A program made the translations under genes and the position numbers. Positions 9,344-19,285 of a DNA stretch of 64,000 nucleotides are shown here, piece by piece. Within the stretch, counting starts at the first letter, position 1; each line of letters opens with the position of its first letter. The notes under the pieces were generated by a model. It was not told the origin of the DNA. It made no database searches and saw nothing but the letters and a program-made list of their open reading frames with translations. This stretch comes from an uncultured delta proteobacterium (GTDB lineage Bacteria > Desulfobacterota > BSN033 > UBA1163). The DNA lies in NCBI GenBank assembly GCA_963827685.1, contig CAWHBU010000003.1, positions 864,001 through 928,000 of the forward strand. The letters run 5' to 3'.

Positions 9344-10222
9344 TTGATTGACCGATCGGTTCTTTTACAGTTTCTGTTTAGCGGTATTACACTGGGGAGC
9401 GTCTATGCGCTGATCGCCATTAGCCTCGTGATTGTCTACAACGTCTCCCGGGTCCTCTGTTTTGCACAGGGTGAATTTTTCGTGTTCGGGGCCCTGACCA
9501 TGATTGCCCTGACTGCTTTGGGTATACCGATGTCGATTGGGTTCATCCTCACCATCGTCCTCGTCTCGGGACTTGGAGTGGTCATTGAAAGATTGTTGAT
9601 TAGGCCCGTGCAAAATTCTTCCGTTGGAACGGTGATCACCATGACAGTAGCGATTTCGCTGTGCCTGCGGGGTTTAGGGCTGCTCATCTGGGGGAGAGAA
9701 GCTCACACATTACCTGCTTTTACAAAGAGTAAAGCACTGGGCATTTTCGGGGCCTACCTCTCGGTACAGGTGCTCTGGATTATTGGTGCCGCGGCGATCG
9801 TTCTGCTGATCATCTGGTTGTTTTTCGAAAAGACACTTTTAGGATTGTCTATGAGGGCTTGTGCTGAGAATCGTTTAGGCGCCAGCCTGGTTGGGATCAG
9901 TGTCTGGAAAACCACGCTCTTTGCGTGGGCCTGGGGTGCCGCACTGGGCGCTTTAGCGGGTATGGTCATAGCCCCCTTGATATTTGTGCGGTACATCAGT
10001 GGGACCATGCCCATGTTAAAGGGGTTCACGGCAATAGCCATTGGCGGACTAACGACGGTCGGATCAGTCATGGCCGGGTTGCTGCTGGGGATTATGGAGG
10101 CGTACACCGTGGGTCTGATCTCATCAGAGTTCGCAGACGCAATCGTTTTCTCTGTTTTGATCCTTGTACTGCTTGGCCGGTCTTACGGCCTATTAGGAAG
10201 AACTGAGGATGGTGGAATGTGA
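9344..10222 (+). CDS. livH: Liv-type ABC permease (LivH-like)
   Basis: GSVYALIAISL...FAQGEF; MRACAEN; hydrophobic. Confidence 0.85.
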   Translation: MIDRSVLLQFLFSGITLGSVYALIAISLVIVYNVSRVLCFAQGEFFVFGALTMIALTALGIPMSIGFILTIVLVSGLGVVIERLLIRPVQNSSVGTVITMTVAISLCLRGLGLLIWGREAHTLPAFTKSKALGIFGAYLSVQVLWIIGAAAIVLLIIWLFFEKTLLGLSMRACAENRLGASLVGISVWKTTLFAWAWGAALGALAGMVIAPLIFVRYISGTMPMLKGFTAIAIGGLTTVGSVMAGLLLGIMEAYTVGLISSEFADAIVFSVLILVLLGRSYGLLGRTEDGGM

Positions 10223-11205
10223 AAGTGAAAAGGAATTTATGGTGGCTGGCCCTTTTGCTTTTCATCGCCCTGTTCCCTGCTACAGTGGGGAGGATCAGCC
10301 CTTACTACAATACTGTTTTGATCCTCGTGGGCATTTACGTGATTCTGGCCGTGAGCCTTGATTTACTCATTGGATTTGCCGGTCAGATATCAGTAGGTCA
10401 TGCGGCTTTTTTTGCTCTGGGAGCGTATACTTCGGGTATTTTGACTGCCAAGCATAGTATCTCTCCCTCCATCGCTCTCCTTGGTGGTCTTTTCGTAAGT
10501 GGGCTTGTCGCATGGGGAATAGGGCGAGCGGTGTTGAGGCTCAAGGGTTATTATTTGGCAATGGCCACGCTGGGTTTGAATGCGGTTGTCGTCAAACTCA
10601 TTACAGGCTTTGCCTCCATCACTGGAGGCGCTTCCGGCCTTCTTAATATTCCCCCGTTCCAGATTTTTGGTTTGACGCTTCAAGATCACACTTATTATTA
10701 CTATTTCGTATGGGGGATTGTGATTCTCGTGATTACCTGTTGCCTGGCACTGACCAAATCCCCCTTTGGCAGTACACTGATTGCTATCCATTCTGATGAA
10801 GAGGCGGCCAGCACACTCGGTATAGACTGCCCAAAGTACAAATTGCATGTTTTTGTGATTTCCAGCATGCTTGCAGGGGTGGCTGGGTCTCTCTTCGCAC
10901 ACTTCATGGGATTTATTGCACCGGACGATTTTGATATTTTTACCTCTATCCTGATTTTGGTGATGCTTTTCTTGGGAGGCGTTGGGACCATTTACGGAGC
11001 TGCTCTTGGAGCTGCCTTTCTTAAACTCCTCCCTGAGGTAACGTATCGATTTCAGACTTATGAGCTGTTTTTCCACGGATTGATATTGATTCTGGTACTG
11101 ATCTTCATGCCAAAGGGGCTGCTGGGTATTCTAACAAACGTAAAGAATCGGTTGCTGGGATCCGAGTACCTATCGAATCCTCCTTCTTTGGGAACGGATC
11201 GATAA
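10219..11205 (+). CDS. livM: Liv-type ABC permease (LivM-like)
   Basis: GQISVGHAAFF, RLKGYYLAMATL, PKGLLG. Confidence 0.85.
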   Translation: MKVKRNLWWLALLLFIALFPATVGRISPYYNTVLILVGIYVILAVSLDLLIGFAGQISVGHAAFFALGAYTSGILTAKHSISPSIALLGGLFVSGLVAWGIGRAVLRLKGYYLAMATLGLNAVVVKLITGFASITGGASGLLNIPPFQIFGLTLQDHTYYYYFVWGIVILVITCCLALTKSPFGSTLIAIHSDEEAASTLGIDCPKYKLHVFVISSMLAGVAGSLFAHFMGFIAPDDFDIFTSILILVMLFLGGVGTIYGAALGAAFLKLLPEVTYRFQTYELFFHGLILILVLIFMPKGLLGILTNVKNRLLGSEYLSNPPSLGTDR

Positions 11206-11239
11206 AGGTCTTGAGGATCGGGTTTAGGAGTGCGTCAGA

Positions 11240-12079
11240 ATGCACGATGAGGCATACGAAAATAACCGATTGCATGGAAAGCATTTACTTTGGGTAGACA
11301 ATATAACCAAAAGCTTCTCAGGCCTGACGGCGCTCCTCGATGTCAGTTTTGGGATTGAGCGCGGTCACATCAAGGCCTTAATCGGGCCAAATGGGGCAGG
11401 AAAGACAACGCTTCTTAATGTCATCAGCGGTATTCTCTCTCCGGATAGCGGTCACGTGTATTACCGAGGAAAGGACCTCTCGAGATTGAGACCACATGAG
11501 ATTGCTGCCCAGGGTCTTTCCCGGACCTTTCAACTCGTTCGCCTGTTTAGGGCCAACAACGCGAAGGTTCTGGATAACCTGATGATAGGCGCTCATTTGA
11601 AATTGAAGCCCTCGTTTGCGAAGTCCCTTTTTTTGAGGGGTACAATACATCATCAAGATCGTGTTATGCGGGAAACCGCCTATGAAAAGCTCAGATTTGT
11701 GGGGTTGGAACGGGCAGTGGGTGATACCTCACCCTCTAACTTGCCTTTTGGGAACCAGCGGTTGCTTGAAATTGCGCGGGCACTGATGGCAGAACCTGAA
11801 ATGCTGTTACTCGACGAGCCGGCCTCTGGGCTGAATGACGCCGAGGTAGAGGATTTTAAAAAACTTCTCCTGGCCGTGAAAGAGAAAGGGATGACAATTC
11901 TGCTGGTTGAACACAACATGAAGCTCGTCATGGACGTAGCCGATGAAATTGTAGTCCTCAATTTTGGCCGGAAGTTGGCAGAGGGAAATTGCGATGAAAT
12001 ATCCTGTAACCGGAAAGTGATCGAAGCGTATCTTGGCTCTGGTTACGTGAACGTAGCTGGAGGGAATCATTCGGGATGA
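11240..12079 (+). CDS. livG: ABC ATP-binding protein (LivG-like)
   Basis: GPNGAGKTT, RTFQ, LLDEPASG, VIEAYLG. Confidence 0.9.
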   Translation: MHDEAYENNRLHGKHLLWVDNITKSFSGLTALLDVSFGIERGHIKALIGPNGAGKTTLLNVISGILSPDSGHVYYRGKDLSRLRPHEIAAQGLSRTFQLVRLFRANNAKVLDNLMIGAHLKLKPSFAKSLFLRGTIHHQDRVMRETAYEKLRFVGLERAVGDTSPSNLPFGNQRLLEIARALMAEPEMLLLDEPASGLNDAEVEDFKKLLLAVKEKGMTILLVEHNMKLVMDVADEIVVLNFGRKLAEGNCDEISCNRKVIEAYLGSGYVNVAGGNHSG

Positions 12080-12786
12080 TGCTTCGGGTCAACGATCTCC
12101 ATGCCGCATACGGGGATATCGGAGTGCTTAAAGGGATAACCATCGAAATTTGCACAGGCGAGATTGTCTGTCTATTAGGGGCAAACGGGGGCGGAAAGTC
12201 AACTCTGTTGAAGGTGATATCGGGTGTTCTTCACCCACTCCAGGGGAATGTGTTGTTCCAAGACCAGGAGATCACCCGATACAGTCCTCATAAGATCGTG
12301 CGAATGGGTCTCAGCCATGTTCCAGAGGGGAGGCAGATTTTTTCGCGCCTGACGGTTATGCAAAACCTGCTCCTGGGCGGTTACCCCCGGAAAAGCAAAA
12401 AGGCTGAGGCGCAAGAGCTTTTCGACTTCATTTTCAACCTCTTTCCCATCCTAAAGGAGAGATTGAAACAAAAGGCAGGCACGCTCTCCGGTGGGGAGCA
12501 GCAGATGCTTGCTATTTCAAGAAGCCTCATGTCTCGACCCAGGCTGTTGCTCCTTGACGAACCATCCCTTGGGTTGGCTCCATTGATTGTGGAGGAAATA
12601 TTCAGAGTGATCAAGGATCTTCGTTCGCGCGGTATCTCGATACTCCTGGTCGAACAGAATGTGATAGGGGCTCTCAAGATTGCTGACCGGGGCTATATCA
12701 TGGAGATCGGAAAAATTGCAACCCATGGGAAGGCCGCGGATATGCGAGGAGATGACGAAGTCCGAAGAAGATACCTCGGGAAATAA
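12076..12786 (+). CDS. livF: ABC ATP-binding protein (LivF-like)
   Basis: GANGGGKST, VPEGRQIF, LSGGEQQM, DEPSLGLAP. Confidence 0.9.
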   Translation: MMLRVNDLHAAYGDIGVLKGITIEICTGEIVCLLGANGGGKSTLLKVISGVLHPLQGNVLFQDQEITRYSPHKIVRMGLSHVPEGRQIFSRLTVMQNLLLGGYPRKSKKAEAQELFDFIFNLFPILKERLKQKAGTLSGGEQQMLAISRSLMSRPRLLLLDEPSLGLAPLIVEEIFRVIKDLRSRGISILLVEQNVIGALKIADRGYIMEIGKIATHGKAADMRGDDEVRRRYLGK

Positions 12787-12848
12787 CCGGAAGAGAGCCA
12801 GCACCCACTTCGGGAAACTTCAACTCAGCCCGAGAGGAGGATTCAACC

Positions 12849-13523
12849 ATGTTTTACGAAGCGAAAAAAAACAATCACGGACTGGCACACGATCCTTTTA
12901 AATCCTGTGTGGTACCCCGGCCGATCGGGTGGATCTCTACTGTGGGGGCCGATGGGGTGGCCAACCTCGCTCCCTACAGCCAGTTCCAGAATCTCACCTT
13001 CGATCCCCCCTATGTCATGTTCGCAGCAAACCAGACACCCAACGGTCGTCGCAAGGATAGCGTGGTCAACGCCGAACAGAGCGGGGAGTTCGTCTACAAC
13101 ATGGCGACCTATGACCTGAAAGAGGCAATCAATCTGTCTGCTCAACAGGTGCCCCCCGAGGTCGACGAGTTTGAACTGGCGGGTGTCACCAAGGCTCCTT
13201 CAAAGCTCGTGAAAGCTCCCCGTGTGGCGGAATCACCTATCCATTTTGAATGCCGTTATCACCAGACGATTCGATTGCCCGGTAACGGCACGATGGGCAC
13301 GGTGGACATCGTTGTCGGCCAGGTCATTGGCATTCACATCAAAGACGAGTTTATCCAACCGGACGGCAAGCTAAATATTCTCAAGATCCGGCCGTTAGCG
13401 CGTCTGGGCTACTACGACTACACCAGCATAGAGTCCGTCTTTGAAATGGTCATTCCAGGCCCGGATGAGAAGCTTCGTTCAGGGATGGAAGGGAAAAAGG
13501 AGACCACAGGGTCGAAGGATTGA
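12849..13523 (+). CDS. Flavin reductase-like FMN-binding protein
   Basis: VVPRPIGWIST, NLAPYS, APRVAESPIHFEC, PLARLG. Confidence 0.85.
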   Translation: MFYEAKKNNHGLAHDPFKSCVVPRPIGWISTVGADGVANLAPYSQFQNLTFDPPYVMFAANQTPNGRRKDSVVNAEQSGEFVYNMATYDLKEAINLSAQQVPPEVDEFELAGVTKAPSKLVKAPRVAESPIHFECRYHQTIRLPGNGTMGTVDIVVGQVIGIHIKDEFIQPDGKLNILKIRPLARLGYYDYTSIESVFEMVIPGPDEKLRSGMEGKKETTGSKD

Positions 13524-13668
13524 AACCCTGAGCCATATACGGTATATCTCAACGGTAAAGGAGAGGTGGGAGATAGTTTGTCATTTGAGAACTATTAAGA
13601 ACATAACAGGCAGAGACTTCGCCTTTGAGACAGAGCCCGGAAACCACGCCAACTAAAAGGAGCCAAGG

Positions 13669-14140
13669 ATGCGTCTTCCTAAATTTGAGTATTTGGAACC
13701 GAGGACTCTCAAAGAGGCGGCCAATGCCCTTGCCTCAGACAGGAAAGGTGAAAGTTTTAAAGATGGTGGCAAGCCATGATTGCGGCAAGGCCATCAATCC
13801 CATGCTGGTAGAAGGTCAACTGGAAGGTTCCGTCGTTGGAGGGATGGGCCAAGCGCTCTATGAAGAAGTGATCACAGAGAAAGGGCAGGCTCTGAATCCC
13901 TCCTTCCTGGATTATGGCATCCCAACTGCCATGGAGATCCCTTCCATTACTTCTGTGGAGGTCGAGACAAACGATCCTGAAGGTCCTTTCGGTGCCAAAG
14001 AATCAGGAGAGGGAACCCGGTTGGCCCCTGCGCCGGCAATTATCAATGCCATTTATGATGCCATCGGAGTGAGATTTAAAACCCTCCCGGTCACACCTGA
14101 AAAGATTCTCCAGGCCCTCGATGAGAAGGAGAAAGAGTAG
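13669..14140 (+). pseudogene. Deletion relic of a xanthine-oxidase-family (4-hydroxybenzoyl-CoA reductase-like) operon: 5' end of FAD subunit joined out of frame to 3' end of Mo subunit
   Basis: AAGGAG SD plus MRLPKFEYLEPRTLKEAANALASD (FAD-subunit N-terminus), then in another frame HDCGKAINPMLVEGQLEG...GPFGAKESGEG...LPVTPEKI. Confidence 0.75.
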
Positions 14141-14545
14141 TCGGTGTCATATCCATGTCGGTTTCAATTCAAGTTCTACCACTTTCTCATCGGTCTGCCA
14201 TGGGAAAAATTCTCCCCAAATGTGATGCCTCAGTTAACTGGGGCGATGGTTTGGTAGGGGTCTGAGGGAGTACTCCCAAACCCATCTTCTTTGACAGCTC
14301 CTTCTAGAACATGAACTCTGATTTGCTTTCGTATAGGGGCTCAATCGCTTTCTATCTCACTATAAGATACGGAAGTCCGGGGCATACATGGGGATATTTC
14401 ATGGTTATCACGGAAAATAGACGCTTCCGTCCCTCAAAAAATGCTTGACAATATCTTTTCATGCAAATGATAATAGAGACTCCAATTCGTATTTTGGATG
14501 AAAACATCCAAAATTTTCAGACATTCAACTTTAGGAGGTGGGAAG

Positions 14546-15733
14546 ATGAAAGAGCTTTCAATTATTTTTGCCGTGGCGTTTCTATCAACTTTTCTTACGG
14601 CCAATCTCTTCGCACAAGATGTCAAGTTTAGCATTCCCCTTCCACTGACAGGGACGAATGCAAAATTTGGCGAAATAGAGAAGAGGTCTTATGAGATTGC
14701 CATGGAAGAGATCAACGCCAAAGGAGGTATCAAAGGCAAAAAAATTGTCCTGGAGTTCGAAGATTCTCAGGGCAAACCAGAGGTATCGCGGTCTATCGCA
14801 GAGAAGTTGATTGATGTGAAGAAGCAGCCTGTTATTTTCGGGGAGTACAGTTCCTCCTGCTCAAAGGCGATTGCACCCGTGGCAGAGGAGAGGAAAATTC
14901 CTTATATGGTGGTGACCGGGGCGACCGATGACATCACCCAGCAGAAGTATAAATATGTTTTCCGAATGAATCCCACGAACGCCTATTACGCCAGTGGGTT
15001 GCTTTCTTTCTTTAAAGAGGTCGTCAAACCCACATCGATTGCTGTTCTTTACGAAAGTTCAGATTTTGGCACCTCCGGTGCAGAAGACATGGTGAAACAG
15101 GCTGAAAAATTCCCGATGAAAGTCCTGGTGAAAGAAAAGTATGAGAAGGGAGCCGTCGATTTTAAGCCCATCCTTTCGAAGGTGAAAGCGGAAAGGCCCG
15201 ATGTCATTTATATGGTCTCTTATGTCATGGATGCAGCTCTTCTGATGAAACAGATCAAGGAACTCCGGATTGACGCAAAACTCTTTGCAGGGGGTGCTGC
15301 AGGTTTTGCCATCCCGGAATTTATAGACAATGCCAAAGAGGCCTCTGAATATGTCGTCTCAGCCACACTCTGGAGCCCCCAGGTCGCTTATCTTGGAGCA
15401 AAGGAATTTGCAGAAAAGTATAAGAAACTCTATAAAGACTACCCCTCCTATCACGGGGCCGAGGCTTATTCGGCGCTTTACATCATCAGGGACGTTCTGA
15501 ATAGGGCCAAGTCTATGACCCCCGATGATATTCGTGTTGCGATGAAGGCGACGAATATGATGACTGCCTTTGGCCCGATTAAATTCGACGATAAAGAGGG
15601 TTATACCAATCAGAACTTCATGGATACTTTGGTGATGCAGGTCATCAACGGCCAGCATGAGACTATCTGGCCACAAAAGTATGCAAGCAAGAAATATATC
15701 TTCCCTATTCCAAGATGGAGAGATAGGAAATAA
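14546..15733 (+). CDS. Liv-type ABC transporter substrate-binding protein
   Basis: PLPLTG, INAKGGIKG, EDSQGKP; AGGAGG SD before ATG 14546. Confidence 0.9.
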   Translation: MKELSIIFAVAFLSTFLTANLFAQDVKFSIPLPLTGTNAKFGEIEKRSYEIAMEEINAKGGIKGKKIVLEFEDSQGKPEVSRSIAEKLIDVKKQPVIFGEYSSSCSKAIAPVAEERKIPYMVVTGATDDITQQKYKYVFRMNPTNAYYASGLLSFFKEVVKPTSIAVLYESSDFGTSGAEDMVKQAEKFPMKVLVKEKYEKGAVDFKPILSKVKAERPDVIYMVSYVMDAALLMKQIKELRIDAKLFAGGAAGFAIPEFIDNAKEASEYVVSATLWSPQVAYLGAKEFAEKYKKLYKDYPSYHGAEAYSALYIIRDVLNRAKSMTPDDIRVAMKATNMMTAFGPIKFDDKEGYTNQNFMDTLVMQVINGQHETIWPQKYASKKYIFPIPRWRDRK

Positions 15734-15740
15734 TCAAGCA

Positions 15741-15890
15741 ATTTCAAATGTCAAAGCTCAAGGTTCAAAAGACTTCCAAAGTTCAAAATGGAAAACGTAC
15801 AGCCTTAGGTCTGCTTGCTGAAAAGAAAAATGTTTTGCCATTTGTCATTTGAGCTTCATTTGACATTTGGATTTTGAAATTTGGATTTGA
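15741..15890. repeat. Inverted heptamer-repeat array (TCAAATG / CATTTGA)
   Basis: CAAATGTCAAAGCTCAA faces TTGAGCTTCATTTGACATTTG, between the SBP gene and livH. Confidence 0.7.
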
Positions 15891-15900
15891 GAATTCTCAT

Positions 15901-16827
15901 ATGGCTGTCCAGATTGAACTCTTTTTACAGACCCTGATCGCTGGAATATTGCTCGGCGGTCTGTATGCTCTCATCGGTATCGGAATGACCCTCATCATGG
16001 GCGTGATGAAGATCATCAATCTCGCCCATGGCGAGCTCATGATGGTGGGCATGTATATCGCCTTCTGGCTCTTTACTCTCCTCCATATCGATCCCTACAT
16101 TTCCGTATTTGTTGCCGCCCCGGCGTTATTCTTTCTGGGGGTCGCCTTACAGAAGTTTCTCATCAATCCTGTATTAAGGGTGGAATCAATCCTGCCCGAG
16201 AATCAGGTGATCCTCACTGTTGGCATCGGAATGGTTTTGGCCAATTTGGCGACTATTTTCTTCACGTCCAATTACCGTTCGACACCGGTCGACTACGCCA
16301 CGAAGGCTTTCTATCTGACCGACTTTTGGAAAAACGCTCCCATTGAACTCTCTCTCTCGATGGCATGGTCCTTGTCTTTTTTGATTGCTGTGTTCATCAC
16401 CGTGATGCTCTGGTTTTTTCTAACCCGAACGGATACGGGGAAATCGATCCGGGCAACCGCACAGGATCTCGATGCCGCACTCCTCATGGGCGTGAACGTA
16501 AGAAAGATGAGAGTGGTGACCTTTGGTATTGGATGTGCCCTGGTGGGGGCAGCAGGTTGTCTTTTCCTTCCTATTTACTATTTGTTTCCATCCCTGGGAG
16601 GACAATTCACCTTGATCGCCTTTGTCATCACCATTCTCGGTGGACTCGGCTCCACCAATGGAGCGATCATCGGAGGAATCATTCTTGGAATCTTTGAGTC
16701 GATGACCGCTACCTATGTAGGCATGGGATGGGCTCCTGTGGGTAGGTTTCTCATCTTCGTAGCAGCGCTGATCTTTCTGCCAGGGGGGGTCGCCTCTCTG
16801 TTACGAAGTAAAAAGCTGGGAAAATGA
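15901..16827 (+). CDS. livH: Liv-type ABC permease (LivH-like)
   Basis: GGLYALIGIG...INLAHGE; IRATAQD. Confidence 0.85.
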   Translation: MAVQIELFLQTLIAGILLGGLYALIGIGMTLIMGVMKIINLAHGELMMVGMYIAFWLFTLLHIDPYISVFVAAPALFFLGVALQKFLINPVLRVESILPENQVILTVGIGMVLANLATIFFTSNYRSTPVDYATKAFYLTDFWKNAPIELSLSMAWSLSFLIAVFITVMLWFFLTRTDTGKSIRATAQDLDAALLMGVNVRKMRVVTFGIGCALVGAAGCLFLPIYYLFPSLGGQFTLIAFVITILGGLGSTNGAIIGGIILGIFESMTATYVGMGWAPVGRFLIFVAALIFLPGGVASLLRSKKLGK

Positions 16828-17765
16828 AAAAAAGTCTGCCCATACTTATTGTCATTTTGCTCGCTGTCTTGCCCCTGATTGGGTTGAGTTCCTATCTGAT
16901 GCACATCTTCATTCTGGTCATCATGTATTCGATGATTGGGATGGCATGGAATCTCCTTGGAGGATACTGTGGTCAGGTCTCCTTTGGCCATGCCGCTTTC
17001 TTCGGTGTAGGAGCTTACACCGCAGGTCTCCTCTATTCCAAACTCGGAGTCTCTGGCTGGTGGGGTTTGCTCCTTAGCCTATTTGTCGTCACGGCTTTTT
17101 CCCTCATCATCGGTTTTATCTGTTTGAGATTAAGAGGCCCCTACTTTGCTCTTGCCACCTTGGCGATGGGAGAGGTTCTCAGGGTGACCTCTGAGAATCT
17201 TGTAAAATTCACTGGCGGCGATGTGGGGATACTGATCCGAGAAAGGACCTGGGTGGATAAGACTTGGTTCTACTATATCATCCTGTTATTGGCGATTGGA
17301 GCTTTCATATTGGTGAAGAAAGTGATCGAATCGAAGCTCGGCTACTATTTTGTATCGATCCGGGAAGATCAGGATGCGGCAGAATCGTTGGGAATAGACA
17401 CCACCTTTTATAAAACGATTGCCCTTTGTTTGAGCGGTGCCATCACAGGGCTGGCGGGCGCCTTCTATACAAACTACATGGGATATATCGATCCAAAAGT
17501 CGTCTTTAACCTTCACGATATCTCCATCGTAACCATTATGGTTGTGATGGTCGGAGGGGTGGCCACTTATTGGGGCCCCACCGTAGGAGCCGTTATCATG
17601 GTCTTTCTGGCAGAACTGATCAGGTCGAATCCAGGACTGGGAGCAGCCCATCAAACCCTTTTTGGTATCCTTCTCATCTTCATCATCATCTTTTTACCAA
17701 ATGGGATTGTAGGAGATTTTCCTAAATTGACAAGGCTTTTCAAAATGGGGAGAGCTTCGTCATGA
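16824..17765 (+). CDS. livM: Liv-type ABC permease (LivM-like)
   Basis: GQVSFGHAAFFG, RLRGPYFALATL. Confidence 0.85.
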   Translation: MKKSLPILIVILLAVLPLIGLSSYLMHIFILVIMYSMIGMAWNLLGGYCGQVSFGHAAFFGVGAYTAGLLYSKLGVSGWWGLLLSLFVVTAFSLIIGFICLRLRGPYFALATLAMGEVLRVTSENLVKFTGGDVGILIRERTWVDKTWFYYIILLLAIGAFILVKKVIESKLGYYFVSIREDQDAAESLGIDTTFYKTIALCLSGAITGLAGAFYTNYMGYIDPKVVFNLHDISIVTIMVVMVGGVATYWGPTVGAVIMVFLAELIRSNPGLGAAHQTLFGILLIFIIIFLPNGIVGDFPKLTRLFKMGRASS

Positions 17766-18484
17766 GTTTACTCGAAATTCGGGATGTGTCAAAGCGATTT
17801 GGAGGACTCGCCGCCCTCGTGGATTTATCCTATGCTGTCCAGAAAGGCGAAATCCTCGGTCTGATCGGTCCAAATGGTGCAGGCAAGACCACCCTGTTCA
17901 ATGTGGTAAATGGATTCTACCCGCCGACAAAGGGGGAGGTTCTCTTCAAGGGAGAGAAGATATCTCACTTAAAGCCCCATCAGATTTGCAAATTGGGAAT
18001 TGGGAGAACCTTTCAGGTGGTGAGGCCCCTGCAAAGAATGACCGTGCTTGACAATGTCGTCGCCTCTGCCTTTCTCCGGGCAAAGGATAAGGCAGGGGCT
18101 GAGAGGATAGCTCTCGACGCTCTCCAATTTACCGGTCTCTATGAGGACCGAAGTCTTGTTTCGAAAGGCCTTCCGCTGGGCAAGAGAAAAAAACTTGAGA
18201 TAGCGAGAGCCCTTGCCACACAACCCGAAATGCTTCTTCTCGACGAGTCGTTTGCTGGACTCAATCCCTTCGAGCAAAATGAACTGATCGATATTATCAG
18301 AAAGGTGAAAGCCAAGGGCATAACGATTATGATCATAGAACATCACATGAAGGTGATCATGTCTCTTTCCGACCGGGTGGTCGTCCTGAACTATGGTGAG
18401 AAAATAGCAGAAGGAACTCCCAAGGAGATAGGGAATAACCCTCTTGTGATTGAAGCGTATCTTGGAGAGGCGGAAAGTGCTTGA
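17762..18484 (+). CDS. livG: ABC ATP-binding protein (LivG-like)
   Basis: GPNGAGKTT, RTFQ, VIEAYLG. Confidence 0.9.
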   Translation: MSLLEIRDVSKRFGGLAALVDLSYAVQKGEILGLIGPNGAGKTTLFNVVNGFYPPTKGEVLFKGEKISHLKPHQICKLGIGRTFQVVRPLQRMTVLDNVVASAFLRAKDKAGAERIALDALQFTGLYEDRSLVSKGLPLGKRKKLEIARALATQPEMLLLDESFAGLNPFEQNELIDIIRKVKAKGITIMIIEHHMKVIMSLSDRVVVLNYGEKIAEGTPKEIGNNPLVIEAYLGEAESA

Positions 18485-19181
18485 AATCAAAAATATCGAT
18501 GTCCTTTATGGAGATGTTCAGGTCATCTGGGGTGTCTCTTTTGAGGTGAAGGAGAGGGAGGTCGTAGCGATGATTGGCGCCAACGGTGCGGGAAAGTCTA
18601 CGATTCTAAAAACCATCTCCGGCATTCTAAGACCGAAGAGGGGAGAGATATTATTCGAGGGCAAACCGATCTACAAAATGGATCCTTTCAGGCTGACCGA
18701 ACTGGGGATCGCCCACGTGCCAGAAGCCAGGAGACTCTTTGTGGAGATGACCGTTGAAGAAAATTTAGACATGGGGTCCCTCAGAGGAGAGGCAAGGGCT
18801 CAACGTGAAAAGACAAAGGAGATGGTCTTCGAGCTATTGCCGAGGCTGAGAGAGCGAAGGAGACAACTCGCCGGAACCCTAAGCGGTGGAGAACAACAGA
18901 TGCTCGCCGTAGGAAGGGGACTGATGTCATTACCCAAACTTCAGATGTTTGACGAACCTTCCCTGGGACTTGCCCCTCTTCTTGTCAGGGAGATATTCAA
19001 TACGATCAGAAAGATCAATGGTGAAGGGACAACGGTCCTCATCGTAGAGCAGAATGTAAAACAGACCCTTTTGGTAGCCAATAGAGGATATGTGCTCGAA
19101 ACGGGCAAGATCACCAAACAGGGAACAGGTCAATCGTTACTCAGTGATGAGCACGTCAAGACAGCCTACCTCGGCGTTTAA
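18477..19181 (+). CDS. livF: ABC ATP-binding protein (LivF-like)
   Basis: GANGAGKST, LSGGEQQM, DEPSLGLAP; GTG start. Confidence 0.9.
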   Translation: MLEIKNIDVLYGDVQVIWGVSFEVKEREVVAMIGANGAGKSTILKTISGILRPKRGEILFEGKPIYKMDPFRLTELGIAHVPEARRLFVEMTVEENLDMGSLRGEARAQREKTKEMVFELLPRLRERRRQLAGTLSGGEQQMLAVGRGLMSLPKLQMFDEPSLGLAPLLVREIFNTIRKINGEGTTVLIVEQNVKQTLLVANRGYVLETGKITKQGTGQSLLSDEHVKTAYLGV

Positions 19182-19285
19182 TTCTTCTTGAAACCCCAGC
19201 CAGTCATGAATCTTAGCCATCATCACGTCATGCCCTCCGATCTCTGAGGTCTTCAAGAAAATATCTATGAAGGCTTTCTTCCCTC

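Noticed and set aside
13625-14140. Intact 171-aa protein as given in the ORF track
   Set aside because: Its N-terminal ~38 residues are an off-frame reading of an FAD-subunit start; it is a deletion chimera.
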